A model generated the notes under the pieces. It was given only the letters and a program-made list of their open reading frames with translations, was not told the DNA's origin and ran no database searches. A DNA stretch of 64,000 bases. Source: Podarcis bocagei (taxonomy: Eukaryota). Position 1 is the stretch's first letter, and each line of letters opens with the position of its first letter. The stretch lies in NCBI GenBank assembly GCA_964188305.1, contig OZ076892.1; one strand, given 5' to 3'. A program made the translations under genes and the position numbers. Shown here one piece after another: positions 23,230 to 35,939 of the stretch.

Positions 23230-26200
23230 ATACTCCAAGGTAATGTCCTGGTTCCCGCTGTATAAAGAAATCAATCTCAGGTTAAATTTTCTGCCAAAAT
23301 TTTTAATGCTCAGATCAGTGTAGTACATAAGCAAAGCAAGGATCAATGGCCCAAGGGGTGTTATGCACAGCATTGATCCAAGAAACGGCATGCCCCCCTT
23401 ACGTCCTGATATAAAGACTGTAGAAGGCACCACTTTAGTGTGGCAAGCAGGTTATTTCTTTGGACTGGGCAAGCAAATGGGAACACCTTCTAATGGGCAG
23501 AGCCTAAGCTGTCTGTGCCAGTGCTAGACTCTTCACAACCTATGTAACGTAGGAGGTGTCACCACCGGCTCAGGACCAGAAGGGTGGTGGGTGTCTCCTC
23601 GAAGGCTGGACGAGGGACAAGCTCCAGCGGTGCCAGGGGCAGAGGAAAGGCTGGCACAGAAGTTGGTGGAGAAATGGGCACAGAGCATCTGGGTGACACA
23701 GAAGTGGTTCGGGTGGAGCACTGGGGTGACACACCTCTGGGACCCCCCCCCCCCCCAGGTCTGAATCCTTACTTGTAGCTTCCCCTCTGGGTTGTTCCTC
23801 CATCTCGCACAGCCCAGACACTACCTGTCATAACCTGCTGGGCTGCTCCCCATGGTTGTCAGTAGGTAAACCCTCCAATTCTTCCCCATCCTGGTCTGAC
23901 CAGGTAAACGAATATAGGTAAACGAATATAGGATAGTGGCTTAACGAATGTTTATACTTATCCACTTTAAAGAGAACTGGGTCTATAAGTTTTATATAAA
24001 AATGCTAACCCACCTTTGCAATATCCCCATGGGGAGTTAAGAGTTTATAGCAAAACTGGCAAAGTACACAGAAGAACATAAATTACAAGGGGCACAGGGC
24101 TCCCTATAGTATGAGATAGCGCAGAAGACAGCCATGGGTGTGGGAAGTCACATGCAAAGGGGGGAGCTGAATGTGGTCGAATAGAAAACTAGGTTCGGAT
24201 TTTAAAAAAATAATAATCTTACAGTAATATGAGAGGGCACAATAGAGAGGGAACAGCTGGCCAATATCAGAACCAGAGGGAAAGTAATTAAAGTTAACTG
24301 CATCTGATTTTTAAACAAGGCGACGTTCTCACTCTCTGTCAAATAGAAAGCAATTGGCCCCTGGAAATCTTAGCCACCAGCACATTACACAGCAGCTGCT
24401 TAAAGCAGGCTCACGTCCTGAAAACTTGACACAGAGATTTGCATAGTTAAGGCAGCGCTCTTGGGTGATGGTAAGGTCAAGAGCCCACACAGCAGCTCTC
24501 TGTGTGAACATGGCACTCAGCACCGCTTAAATTATTCACGGATTGCTTTTCTCATACAAATTTAAATGGGCATCTAATAATACACTTTTTATTTTCATTT
24601 AAAAAATAACATTACAGTCAATGGGTTATACGCAAAGCAGTCTGTGCGTAAGCCTGGGCTTCTACTTGTGCAATGGGGCTTCACTTTCCTCCCCTCCTCT
24701 CTAAAGCACCCTCATGCATCCTCAAAGTCTGCTTCCGGGGGGGTGGGGTGGCAGGGGGCTGTGGAGCAGACCATAGCCCTTAGGCAAAAAAAAAAAAAAA
24801 AAAAAAAAAAGATTAGCCACCCCATCCATCTTAAATATTTACAAGGTTGGCCATGGCAGGAGACATATGCTATTGGTGAAGAAATCCGATTAAGCTGGAG
24901 CAAAGTCTTATTTATAAATCATGTTTCTAGTCCTCACAGTTAAGAGAAGGTGCAGTAAGTCACCTATTTGTTCCAGGAGGGCAGAGGTTCCCAATTAGCT
25001 AAGTACAGCAGACATCTGGTTTTTCAAAAGCTAAGTCACAGACTAACTACTTTAGAAAATTTTAATATCTTTATGGTAGATTTTGTTATGTGAATGATGC
25101 CACAGACCCTCCTAGGTGGGTTACGTGGACCCTCTGGGGTCTGTGGACCACCAGTTGGGAACCACTGCTTTAGAACATAAGAGAAGTGCCACCATTTGCA
25201 TAACATAATGTTGTTTATTACTGTACCTTGTATTTTACATCGTGGTTCTGTTCCTGCTTTTGATGCTGTGTTTTTATTCCTGTCTGTCTCATGCTCTCAG
25301 CAGGGAAAGGGTGGTGCATAACAAATAATAACAGCAAGAAGAGCAACTCACCTTGGCCAGGTTTTTAGGTGCTATTAAAAGGGAAGTAACTTGCCGTTGA
25401 TTGTTTAGTTTCATACATGCTGCCCTGGGGAAAGCAGAACCCTCAGACAGCCAGGGAAGTTTAATGTGGCAACTTTTTTTTTATTAAAAAGGTGCAAAGT
25501 GATGCACAAGTGTGGGTGACCTGAATTTAGGTTTGGAAAAACAAGAAACTGTCAGAAACCAAAACTGACAGATTTTGTCATTCCCTGATCTCCACCACTG
25601 TGAAATGAGCCGGGATGGCAAGAGGCAGCCACTGCAGAAACTGGAGCCCTGAAGCCATGCACTTCCAACAACCCACTCCAGTCGGAAGACCAGCAGCAGT
25701 GTTTTGAGACAGAAACCCTATAAAATGTGCATTAAACACATGTGGCATCTCTTTTGCTTATTGTTTCTTTATCTTACAAAATAATCAGTGAGCAATTTTC
25801 CATCCCACCTTGATTTAAAAGGGACAGGACCATGGCAGAGGAGGGTGTGAGCACAGGGACTCCCTTTAGGGCCTGGGTCAGCCCACGTACATTCAGCGTT
25901 GACCCCCGATCCAAAAGAAGGTATTTTAACTCCCAGCTGCCCCTCGTCTCCAATACCATCAGCAAGGCCAGGATTAGAGCAGAGAGACTTTACCAAGTGT
26001 GCTATTAAAGATTTAGTCGCTCTGCATTATTTAGCAGGACAGGGCTTTAAACCCCTGAACACTTCAGCCTAGAGAGTGGCAGGTTCACCTTCTCATGTCT
26101 CTGCCTGCAGGTTGGATAAGGTAGATGGGAGTTGAATCAACCACTTTATACTTTCACAAGGTGGTACGGAAGGGGCTGAGCTTGCCCACTTACCCACACC

Positions 26201-26461
26201 CCCTTATACATGAAAGAGGCTTGCTATAGCAGGTGAATCCTACTTATTTTAAGTGAGATGCACCAGCAGCATCGCATATTCTGGAGACAGACAGACAGGG
26301 TAATGAAGGGGAAATGAGAAAGGCAAGGCAAGCTGGCCAGATCACATTCTGCCATTATAATGAGAAATCAGTGATGGGGTGGGGAAGTAGGTTCTATGGT
26401 ATGTAGTTTAAAAATGTAGATAGGTTTGAGAATGTCCCATGCCAAATTAGATAGATAGATA

Positions 26462-26645
26462 GAGACTGCACCTGCAGCAGCAAAACCAGACGCCTTCATC
26501 TGCTCCACCTGCAATAAAACATGTCCCTCCCGTATTGGTCTCTACAGCCACAGCAGGCGCTGTAACTCTCCAATGGTTTGACTTTACCCCTGAAGGCACA
26601 CTCTTCCATTGTCTCCTGAGACAGACAGATGCCATTGTTGTTGCT
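26462..26645 (+). mobile_element. RTE-clade LINE 3' end
   Basis: Plus-strand frame PDAFICSTCNKTCPSRIGLYSHSRRC (RTE C-terminal motif) followed by a short 3' UTR ccattgtctcctgagacagacagatgcc. Confidence 0.8.
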
Positions 26646-27512
26646 CCTGCTGCTGCTAAAAATTCCCAGGCAGGGCTGAGAACTCCCCACTAGTGCGTAC
26701 ATATGTATACAGCCACATGCACACAAATGATTACACCAAATAGCAGCACCAGTTAAAAATATAAACTGCAGCGGAAGGATGTTTGGCTATCTGAGCACAT
26801 TATTTCTTTCTCTGCCAGAATACATGCTTGAGATAGTTCCGATGCCAGACCCCAACCACAGACCCCAAGGTTCCCAAGTTCAAGTCCCTGATGTCATCGT
26901 CTACACTGCAAACTCCTTTTTTAAAAAGACCTTTTTTCCCCACCAACAACTTGATGTTGGTGATGGTTACCACTTATAGAAACTGATGCTAGTGGGGAAT
27001 TATCTTTGTGACAGTGTAAGTATCATAGATTCACTTCGGTGGGGTGGTGTCCTCCATGAGCATTTCATCTAAATGTTATTGTATTGGCATCTTATTGACA
27101 TCAACCCCTTGCCATGGTCAGATCACTCCCTGCTGAGATTTAGGTTTTCAGCACCTTCCTCTCTGCAGAGATGGGGGATCTATTAGGATGGTCTGCCCTT
27201 AGAGGCTGATGGATCTAATGGGTTTCCAGACAGCTCTGGCGGGCTTTCTGGCTCATATGACTGGCATGCCTATCAAAGCCCTGGGGTTATGGGTTTGTTT
27301 TTGTTTTATTATGTATTTTGTATTCCCATATTGTATTTTTCTGTTGTGAACAACCCTAGGAATTTCGGATGACAGGCAGTTTACAATTTAATAAATTAAT
27401 AATTATAATCTTAATAATAATCTCAGCTGTGAGGCGATGCCCCAAATGTCCCTGCACAGACATACTTTTTCTTTAAAAAACAACCTTGGTCTTCATGGGA
27501 GGGGTATCTTAC

Positions 27513-27650
27513 CAGCTTCAATGCATCTCCCTCCACAGACTTCAGGATGAACTGAAACGCCGTTGATTCCCTGGGTGGAGAGTGCCGTCTCCTCTGGTTG
27601 TGTGGAGGGACCGTCAAGTTTTGTACAAAGATCCTTTGCCACTCCCCCAT
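27513..27650 (-). CDS. NPHP4: NPHP4 first conserved coding exon (start codon): MGEWQRIFVQNLTVPPHNQRRRHSPPRESTAFQFILKSVEGDALKL
   Basis: ATG in aggATGG context at 27650; donor CTG|gtaaga. Matches recalled human [20 protein letters not shown]...ESTAFQ. The likely acceptor tttccctttgaaag| gives an exon start at 27703. Confidence 0.95.
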
Positions 27651-30600
27651 CCTGCTGCCTGAAATGCTGGCACCGTTTTCACCTCAGCCACAGAGACTTC
27701 TGCCTTTCAAAGGGAAACAAAAAACAAAAAGGGAATCTGACTCAAGAAACGTTTTGGGTCCACCCTCCCATTACACATGTCTTCCTGTGCTATGAAGGTG
27801 CATTTGGCAAGGTCCAATAACCCCTTCAAAGCTTTTGCTAGTTCCAGTTTACAAACTGAGGTAATACTTACCTCACCGCTGTTCCCTGCCTCTTGACATC
27901 TGCCGCTTGAAGCAGCTGCCTCACTATCTACTGACAGAGATGGCTGTGCATAGGAGCCCACGCTCCACACTTCCAGCCTATGCATTTTCTTCCAGTTTCC
28001 AGAAGAAGTAATTGCAACATGGCAGAATGTAAGAAAAGCCTGCCGGATCATGCCAATGGTCCATCTAGTCCAGCATCCTGTTTCTCACATGCTGGCTGGG
28101 GCTGGTGGCAGCTGTAACCCAAAATGTCTGGACAGTACCAGGTTGACAAAGGCTGCTCCATCACTTCAGACTACAGGGGTGTTTGCGTGTGGAGTAGGGA
28201 CTTGGGCTCCCCTAGCACTTCAGGAATATAGGCCAAATCTTTCTTCCTACTGTAGCAGTTTACTAAATGTACAGGGGTTGGAGTTAACACCCCCCCCCCC
28301 TTATCTAAAACAAATGTCTAATTCTATTTTAGATACATACAAATAAAGTGGCTCAGAAGCATTAGGTTCCACAAATCTATGCAAATGTCCGGATTTCGAA
28401 CAGCCAAAGATTATTTTTTATCCTTTGGGTGTTTGGGGGTGGGATGTTGTTTTCCTTTAGACCATGGAACACTTTCTTATTGTAGACCACACACTCTTTT
28501 CCTCTCGGTATGTTTTATTACTGACTAGGTAAATTGCAGAGCTGAATCCTATACTTTTTTATTTGCAGTTGTGACAACCTATACTACTTCTTCTGTTTGT
28601 TTGTTTTTCCTGAAGCATGTCTGTTGCTATTAAAACTTGGTAAGAAATATATGAAAAACAAACGTGCAGCAGCATCCAAGGAATGTGATTTCCAACTCCA
28701 TCACTGTCATTTGTAAACAGAATTCTATATGTATCATAACTGTTTGTGCATTTTCTTTTTACATTGACAACCCTGGGAATTTTGTATTGTAAAGGGCAGT
28801 AAAAAAAAGGAGGGGGAAGGGGTAATCTAAAATAAATATTGCCACCTGATTTCACACAATGTATAGGAAGATTTTACCAGGAAGGAGGTGGATGTGTGTG
28901 TAAACAGAGCAGTAACAGTGAAAAACACAGGATTGCTGGGTAAATGCAGGGCTAGGGCATCCAGAAATCCTCTTGCTTTCCAGCTGAGGAGTCTAAGGAT
29001 GACTCACTGTCAAATTAGCCCTGCCTGGAGACGAAGCCAGATAAGTCATTCAAGGGCAGGCAGCTGACCTGCCACCGGGAAAACCAGCACTGTGCACATT
29101 CCTAGATGACATGCTGGGGTTTCTAGAGCTCATCTGTATAGATGAAATATGCCTGCAGCTCCAGCTCAGGTGGAAGGGGGCACCTTCACATCCTCTTCTT
29201 GCTGGCCTTTCTATAGTTTACTCTTCCCTCCTCTGCCTTCCTCACTGTCGGAGATTTCCCTCTTCCAAGCACCCCTCCTGCCCTAGTTTGGGAACAGGGA
29301 GGCACACAAACAAACACACCTTGCCAAAGTCCCAAGATGTGGGGTCAGTCTTCTGACTGCATAGATAAAATCAACATGAGCCTTATGTATGCAGGCATTG
29401 TAAGCCAAAGCCAGGCTGTATGTATGCAATGCAGGCCTAGGCCCCATCACTTCAATGAGGACAGGAACCATCCGTACCTAAATAACTTCCTTGGGATGGG
29501 AGGTGGGTGGGCAGTGCAGGTCTGCCTCGGATCAAGGTTGAAGTCCTACCAATGGGGGGGGGGGAGCATTTTTGACAGGCAGAGGAATCAGCAAAGAAAC
29601 AGGACAGGTAAATGAGAGTAAAACCCACGACAAGGAATGTCAAGAACAAGGCCTCCCAGCATCATAGCGGCTGACCAGATGTCCCAAAAGGAAACCAGCA
29701 AGCAAGATCCAAGCACACGAGCACTCTCCCTCTTGGAACCTTGAGACGTGAAGGAGCACCCTTCCGCAATACTTTCTGCCCCAAGCCCTGCAGTCAACTG
29801 AGAGGCCCCTGGCCATAATACTTATGACCTGCACCATGCGCAAGACAGCAATGTGAGACAAGGCATTTTTGGTGGTGGCACCCAATTTACAGCTCCCTCC
29901 CGAGAGATTGCCCTCTGCATTAGCTTTCTTCAAGACCAAATCAATTTTCTATTCATCTAGGCCTTTGTTTTTTAAGCCAATGTTCCTTCTGAAGTTGGAG
30001 CAGACTATTTAGGCATTCCCCAGACTGCTATTACAGGTATATTCTACAACATATTCTCGACCCAACAATAAAGAATTAGGGGTGGATTTAATCTACTTTG
30101 GTTTGTTCTGCGATGAATCCCCAATGCCACATTATTGCTATGCAGAGGGACTATTGCAAACCAAAAGCGGGACAAAAATAAACCAGAGCATTTGTGGTAT
30201 TGAGCATGCACAGATTGAAAATGAAGCAGTGTGACTGCCCCAAAACGTTTATAGGGACAAAGGGAACTGAAAGCAGGAATGTGTATGACTGCCCAAATAG
30301 CATCATGAACATAAATCATAATGAATGTGCAGTAAAAAGAAAATCTGGAGGGGCTCTTAGTGTTGTTGATTTGTGTTTTTCATTTTAGGCTGCTTTTCTT
30401 GTATATATTTTTATATTACATTGTATATTCTGTGCTGTCAGCCACCTTGTGCTTGGAGGAAGGGTTGGAGGAAACTGTGCAATAAATTAAATGACAAGCA
30501 AGCTTTTTGAGTTCTACAGAACTGCAAATCATCATGACACTATGGGCAAGTCATCACATAGGGGGGAGGAAATAATAATAATACACTAGCTGAAGGGAAT

Positions 30601-30880
30601 CCCACTCTTGCTCTTCACTGCCTGAGAAAAAAGCAGGAACATTTTAATAATAATACTGTTGCAGTCTTAACAGCATCTGAAGGGTATTGAGTTCCACATC
30701 CTTAATGTATGCCACAGTCTGAACATAACAGTAAACTATGGTTTGACTTAACCAGGAAGGGAGGGAGGGAAGTGGAGAATGTAAAATCTCAGTCAGTCAC
30801 TGTGGTTATATATATAAAATTAGGTGGTATGTATTCACTGTACCAATCAGTGTGCAAATATTACCTTTTAAAGTTAAGTA

Positions 30881-31104
30881 CAGTGGTACCTCTGGATGCG
30901 AACGGGATCCGTTCTGGAGCCCCATTCGCATCCAGAAGCTAACGCAACCCGCGTCCGTGTGTTTGCACGTGCAGCGATTCACCGCTTCTGCGCATGATGT
31001 CATTTTGACCGTCTGCACATGCGTGAGCGGCGAAACCCGGAAGTAACGCAGCACGCAACCCGAAAATACTTATCCTGAAGCTACTTCAACCCGAGGTATG
31101 ACTG
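30881..31104. mobile_element. Tc1/mariner-pogo MITE (related family), TA TSD
   Basis: TA|CAGTGGTACCTC ... GAGGTATGACTG|TA. Confidence 0.8.
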
Positions 31105-31544
31105 TAGTAACCTAGCCAAGCTCCCATTTCCTCCCACACATCCTTATTATGTTCAACAGATCTGAACTGAAGAGGTACCAATCAAAAATCAATAAAACCA
31201 AGTTTTTGGAACACTAATATTTATTTTTAAAAAAACTTTCCTTTGTGCTCTTGTGGCAAACAGCACTTGTGGGAGATAGTATAATAAAACCAGCACAAGG
31301 TTTGGCACAAAAAGACTCCTCCACAACTAATCGGTACAGCTTTATTACATTTATACACGGCCAAAAATGAAAAACAGAGCACTCCCTTCACATTATGAAA
31401 CTTTTTGGTTAGCATAAACTAAATTGCCTTCTCTAAAAATGGTTACCTGGGTTAGGAACTTGTCTTATTTTGCTGTACTGCCTTAACTTCATCTTACTGG
31501 CCAGGGTGGGCTATTTTCTTTTAAGTTTGTACGATGGTATAGGG

Positions 31545-32298
31545 CAGGGGTTTTCAACCAGTGTCCCATGGCACCCCAGGTGCCTTGAAGGATGGTCAAG
31601 GGTGCCGTGGGCAACACCAGCCTCCGTCCCTCTTTCCTCCCTCCTCGGATACCCTTTTGCATCTCTGCCTCCCAAAGGCTTGCGCAGCTGTTTGTTGCAG
31701 AAGCCTTGGCTACAAGCTCCCAGTGCCAATGGTGCCTCTCGGGCTTGCCAGGGGGTGCCAGCTGCCAGGAACCGAGGCTGCCTCGGAGTATGCAAGCAAG
31801 TGGATGACTGAGGGAGCCCAGGCGGCCGGCCTGCCAGCCCTTGCTGTTGGGAACGGGTAGGCAAGTGGGAGGCCGGGCAGGCAGGCAGGCAGGCAGGCAT
31901 GTTGGCCTTTCTTGCGCATGCTGTGGGCAACGCCTGCCTGGGAGGTGAGTGCCCGGCACAGAAGGGGAGCCTTTCCGTCATGCAGGCCGAGCGGCAGCCG
32001 CTGCTGCATCCCAAGTTAAGGAGCTGGCTTCATGTTCATCTTTGGTCAATCTCTGTCGGGCTGCTTAAGGCTGGGGGCATCTTTTTCCCAGACCCCTGTG
32101 GAGAGACACAAGGAGGCACTTCTCTTTGGAGTGGTGGAGGCTGCTGCCCAGAGGACTCCCAAGGAGGGGAGGAGAGGAGGCTGAGGGAAACGTCCATCCA
32201 GAAGGGAAGGTGTTCAAAAAAGGGGCGAAGGGCTGCCGGATCTGCAGGCCAAGGGGTCACGGAGCCATGGACTCAAAATTTAAGGTTGCAAACCACTG
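31545..32298. mobile_element. Older hAT-like non-autonomous element with a GC-rich interior
   Basis: Imperfect TIRs CAGGGGTTTTCAACC/GGTTGCAAACCACTG; the flanking 8-mers gtataggg/ttatagta only partly match. Confidence 0.6.
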
Positions 32299-32313
32299 TT
32301 ATAGTATATGGCG

Positions 32314-32366
<53 letters not shown>
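32314..32366 (+). repeat. (AAT)n microsatellite
   Basis: Direct observation. Confidence 0.95.
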
Positions 32367-32367
<1 letters not shown>

Positions 32368-32785
32368 TATGTGGGGTGTTCCATGGAAATTATCAATTTA
32401 TTTTAGCAGTTTGTCTGGGAAGCTTCTTGAGGGCACTGGTGTGTGATTAAAAACAAACCACCTTATATATTTACAGCATTTAGTATGTCAAGAGAGGCCA
32501 AGTTGCAGGGAGAGGAGCCAATTGAACCTTCTAGAACCTAGCGGAAGAATAAGGGAGGGGCAGAGGCAGTTGGCGCCACTGTTCGCGAGTTGGGGGGTGT
32601 TTGTGAAGGGAATCAGCCAATCAGCGGGCTCCTCTGTTTTTCCCCAATGGGAAAGGGGCAAATCAAAGTGCACCCCTAAAGGTATACGAGGAAGGGGAAG
32701 CCGGTCAGCCAATCAGCGTGCTGCTTTTCATCGTCTCTCTCAATGGGACGGGGTACTCGCCCCACTTTCTCCCACCTCCCGTTAC

Positions 32786-32860
32786 CTGCCGCTTTCATGC
32801 TCTCCTTCTTTGGGCGCGCAGCCGCCGCCATCTTGTCCGGGCCGAACCACTCGCCTATTG
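32786..32860 (-). other. NPHP4: Probable NPHP4 first exon (5' end approximate), containing an AUG at 32831
   Basis: Lies in the CpG island; donor GCAG|gtaacg at 32785; YY1-type motif CAAGATGGCGGC typical of sequence just downstream of a TSS. The TSS cannot be determined from sequence. Confidence 0.65.
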
Positions 32861-33094
32861 GTTGGAGGGGGGACAGGGCACCCATTCGTCACCAGGGGCC
32901 AAACGTTGCCTTTCGCCACTGCCCTTCGCCCAGTATCGTTCCATCTCCTTCTAGGGTTTATTCTCCTCTGCCTGTCGCCCCGCCCGCCCTCTCTTTGTCT
33001 CCTTGCGTTCCTCTTCTGCCACCTACCCTCCCCACCGAACTTTGCTAAATGGCACGGCCCGAGCCGGCGTGGCGGCCGTTGTAGTAGCATAGGC

Positions 33095-33108
33095 GTTGCC
33101 GCGGCAAC
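33095..33108. promoter_or_regulatory. RFX X-box (palindromic)
   Basis: GTTGCCGCGGCAAC versus consensus GTTGCCATGGCAAC; it extends to the 16-bp perfect palindrome CGTTGCCGCGGCAACG. Confidence 0.7.
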
Positions 33109-35939
33109 GGAGAAAAGGGGCGAGGCCTTAAGCGGGCAGGAAACCGCACGCGCGAGGGAAAAAGAAAATTCAAATTTTAGCTGCACTGTATAGCATAAGA
33201 GAATGGAAGCACAAATTATTCTTATCCTGTCCCTGCTCCCTGTGCAATTTAGCAACAATTACTTTGATATAATTAAGCAGCCCGAGAAGCAGCCAATTTT
33301 ACAATTGGAAGCTTTATTCCTTTCCTCACCTCCCTCCAGCTATTTTAAAAACTGGTGCAATTTCCCTTAATTCCAATATTATGTATTTATTCCATTTATA
33401 CGTGTACCTCAGACTTTTAGCAAAGCAGCTAAAGGAGGCATGCAAAGTTAACTTGTGCCACTGTCCTTTTCCCTTCACAACAACCCTGTGAGGTAGGCAA
33501 GGCTGAGGGGTGAGGCCTATCGTTGCCCACTGAGCTTTGGGCCTAAGAAGGGAAATAGGAAGCTGTCTTATACCAAGTCAGACCAATGGTTTATTGTCCA
33601 CGCTTGGTATTGTCCAGAGCTGCAAACTAGATAAGTGCCCTCTACCTGGGAGAGGCAAGATTTAAATTGGGGCTTAGTCTCTTCACTCACATGCTACACC
33701 AATACTATTCAGTTGTGGCCCTTTATTGGAGAGTCTATTTAGCTGTCATAGGTCAACACTGTTATCTTCCATTAATATATACCGAATCATTTTAAAACGC
33801 AACATCACCAGCATTCATCACCATGCATTTCATACTACAACCTCCTGGGGTGGGGATTGCCTTTGTAAAGTGCTGTGTGTATTGGCAGGAGTGTGCAGAC
33901 CAACTATCATCACCATGTCTTGTAGAAGTGAATCACTTATGTTTCTTAGGTGATTCTCTGTGAATCAATGTTTATTTCAGTTCCTGAACACTTCCAGCTT
34001 ATTTCCTTACAATTCATAAACCTATTGACAAAAACAAACTTCAAAGCAGTTTACAAATGTAGGGTGAGTCCTGATTATGGGAATATGGGGAAGAAAATCT
34101 CCTTTTTCCACACTTTATAATCCAAACTTTTTCTCAGCAACAAACTCTAGGACAGAGGCGGGTAACCTGCAGCCCATTAAATGTTGCTGGTCCACTGGTC
34201 CTTTCTTATCTGACTGTTACCCATGCTGATGGAAATAGTCCAGCATTGTGGTGAAGCTTTTTTTATCTCATTGAAACTGAGAAAATAAGATAGAAAAGCT
34301 TCAGTTACTAGTTTTCTGTGTGCTTGGCTGTCGTTAAAGATGCAGAGGTTAAGTGCAAATTAAATACAGTGACACCACTCTTCATGAGCTTCCCAGAGAA
34401 CAGGATACCGGATGACTGGGCCTTCTGCACTGAAATACCTACCTTATGGTGAACTCAGGTTTCCATATCAGTTAAAGGAAGATATGTGAAAAAGACAATC
34501 CAGAAGGCCAGTAGGAGTGTGTGCAGAAATAAGTCCCAATGTGCTCAATGGGGTTTGTTCTCAGAAAGCGGGCAATAAAACTGCAGATGACCCTATGCAT
34601 GTATAATTATTTATTATGTAGTGCTCAGTGAGTCTCATTTCCAGGAAAGTGCATAGAATTGCAGCCCAATCCTTCTGGTAAGTGTAGATAGTAAGTCCCA
34701 CTGTGTTCAGGGGATCTTACTCCCAGGGGGCAATTACAGTTCATCAAGAAGCTTTAACTCTCTTCATTTGGCCTGAATAGAGACAATGGCTTCCTTTCAC
34801 ACTAGATATATTAATTAAAAGCACACACAAGTTAATTACTTTATCATTACCCATACATACATTTAGGTTGCTACATTTTAACTCTTACTGAATCTACCCT
34901 ATCTGTTCACAAAAGCTTACGCAGCAATAAAATTTGTTAGCCTTTAAGGTTTCACTAAACTCTGCTAATTTCATTGCAATAGACTGATGTAACTACCCCT
35001 CTCTAGTCATTTTGCACAAGATTCCAAGCCAATCTTCTGCCTGTTTACACGTAAGGATGTGTCCCATTGTGCCACAGGTGCCAGCTCTCTGAGGCCCTGG
35101 GTGCCCAAGCATGCACAAAATTCTCCATGGAGAATTGTTGGCAACCACAAAGTTTGGTGCCAGGGCTATGCACACTGCATGGCACCCTTGGCCCCAGGCA
35201 CCCTCGGTCGCAGGGCCAAGTTGGCACTCCTGCACTGTGCTGCTCAGTTGCGCTTACTCCTAGGTAAGTGTGCACAGGATTGCAGAGGGAGAGATCTGCT
35301 GGATCAGACTTAATGCCTGTCTAGTCTTCCATCTGTTCCCCTTGCAGTGGCCAACCAGATGCCCCTGAGGTGTCTGTACACATGCCCATTTTCATGTCTC
35401 TAAGATTTGTTATTCAGTGGCATAGTGCCTCTGGACTTCAGGTTCCATAGACAGACCTCTGTCTATAACTTTGTGTAATGCAGGGACAGCATGGTGCTCC
35501 AGATGTTGTCCCATTAGCCGCAGCCAGCATGGTGAATAGTCAGTGATGATGAAAGGGTAAGGTATGGAGGTCCACCAGTCCCACACTAAAACTATAGAGC
35601 CAGTAGCCTTTGCCACATCTCATGGTGCTGAATACCACAGGTTAACCTGTGCAATGTGTTCGACCCACGGCATGTTTACTTGAAAGCCTTGCATTGAAAT
35701 TCTTGCATTACAGGGGGTTGGACTAGATGGCCCTTGGGTCTCTTCCAGCTCTGCTATTCTGATTCTACGGTTCTGAAAGTCCCACTTAGAGAAGTGGGGG
35801 CTTACCCCCCTGATAAACGTGCACAGGACCACAGCAGGGCACAAACGCAGCATCCCCAGGGAAAGATGCTCCAGGCGGAGGAGGGATGCTGCAAGCCAGG
35901 GCACCACCTGGGTACCAAATGGGTACCCAGCCTGGGGAA

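Larger units (their letters stand above)
32560..33160. promoter_or_regulatory. CpG-island promoter of NPHP4 (possibly bidirectional) with CCAAT boxes, GC boxes, a YY1 motif and an RFX X-box
   Basis: CpG-dense unique sequence with no TIR or TSD. AGCCAATCAG at about 32614 and 32706, ATTGG at about 32856, CCCGCCC at about 32978, GTTGCCGCGGCAAC at 33095-33108. Confidence 0.8.

Noticed and set aside
32522-33193. 223-aa ORF across the CpG island
   Set aside because: GC-rich promoter DNA is stop-poor; the start is non-ATG and the peptide has no recognisable homology.
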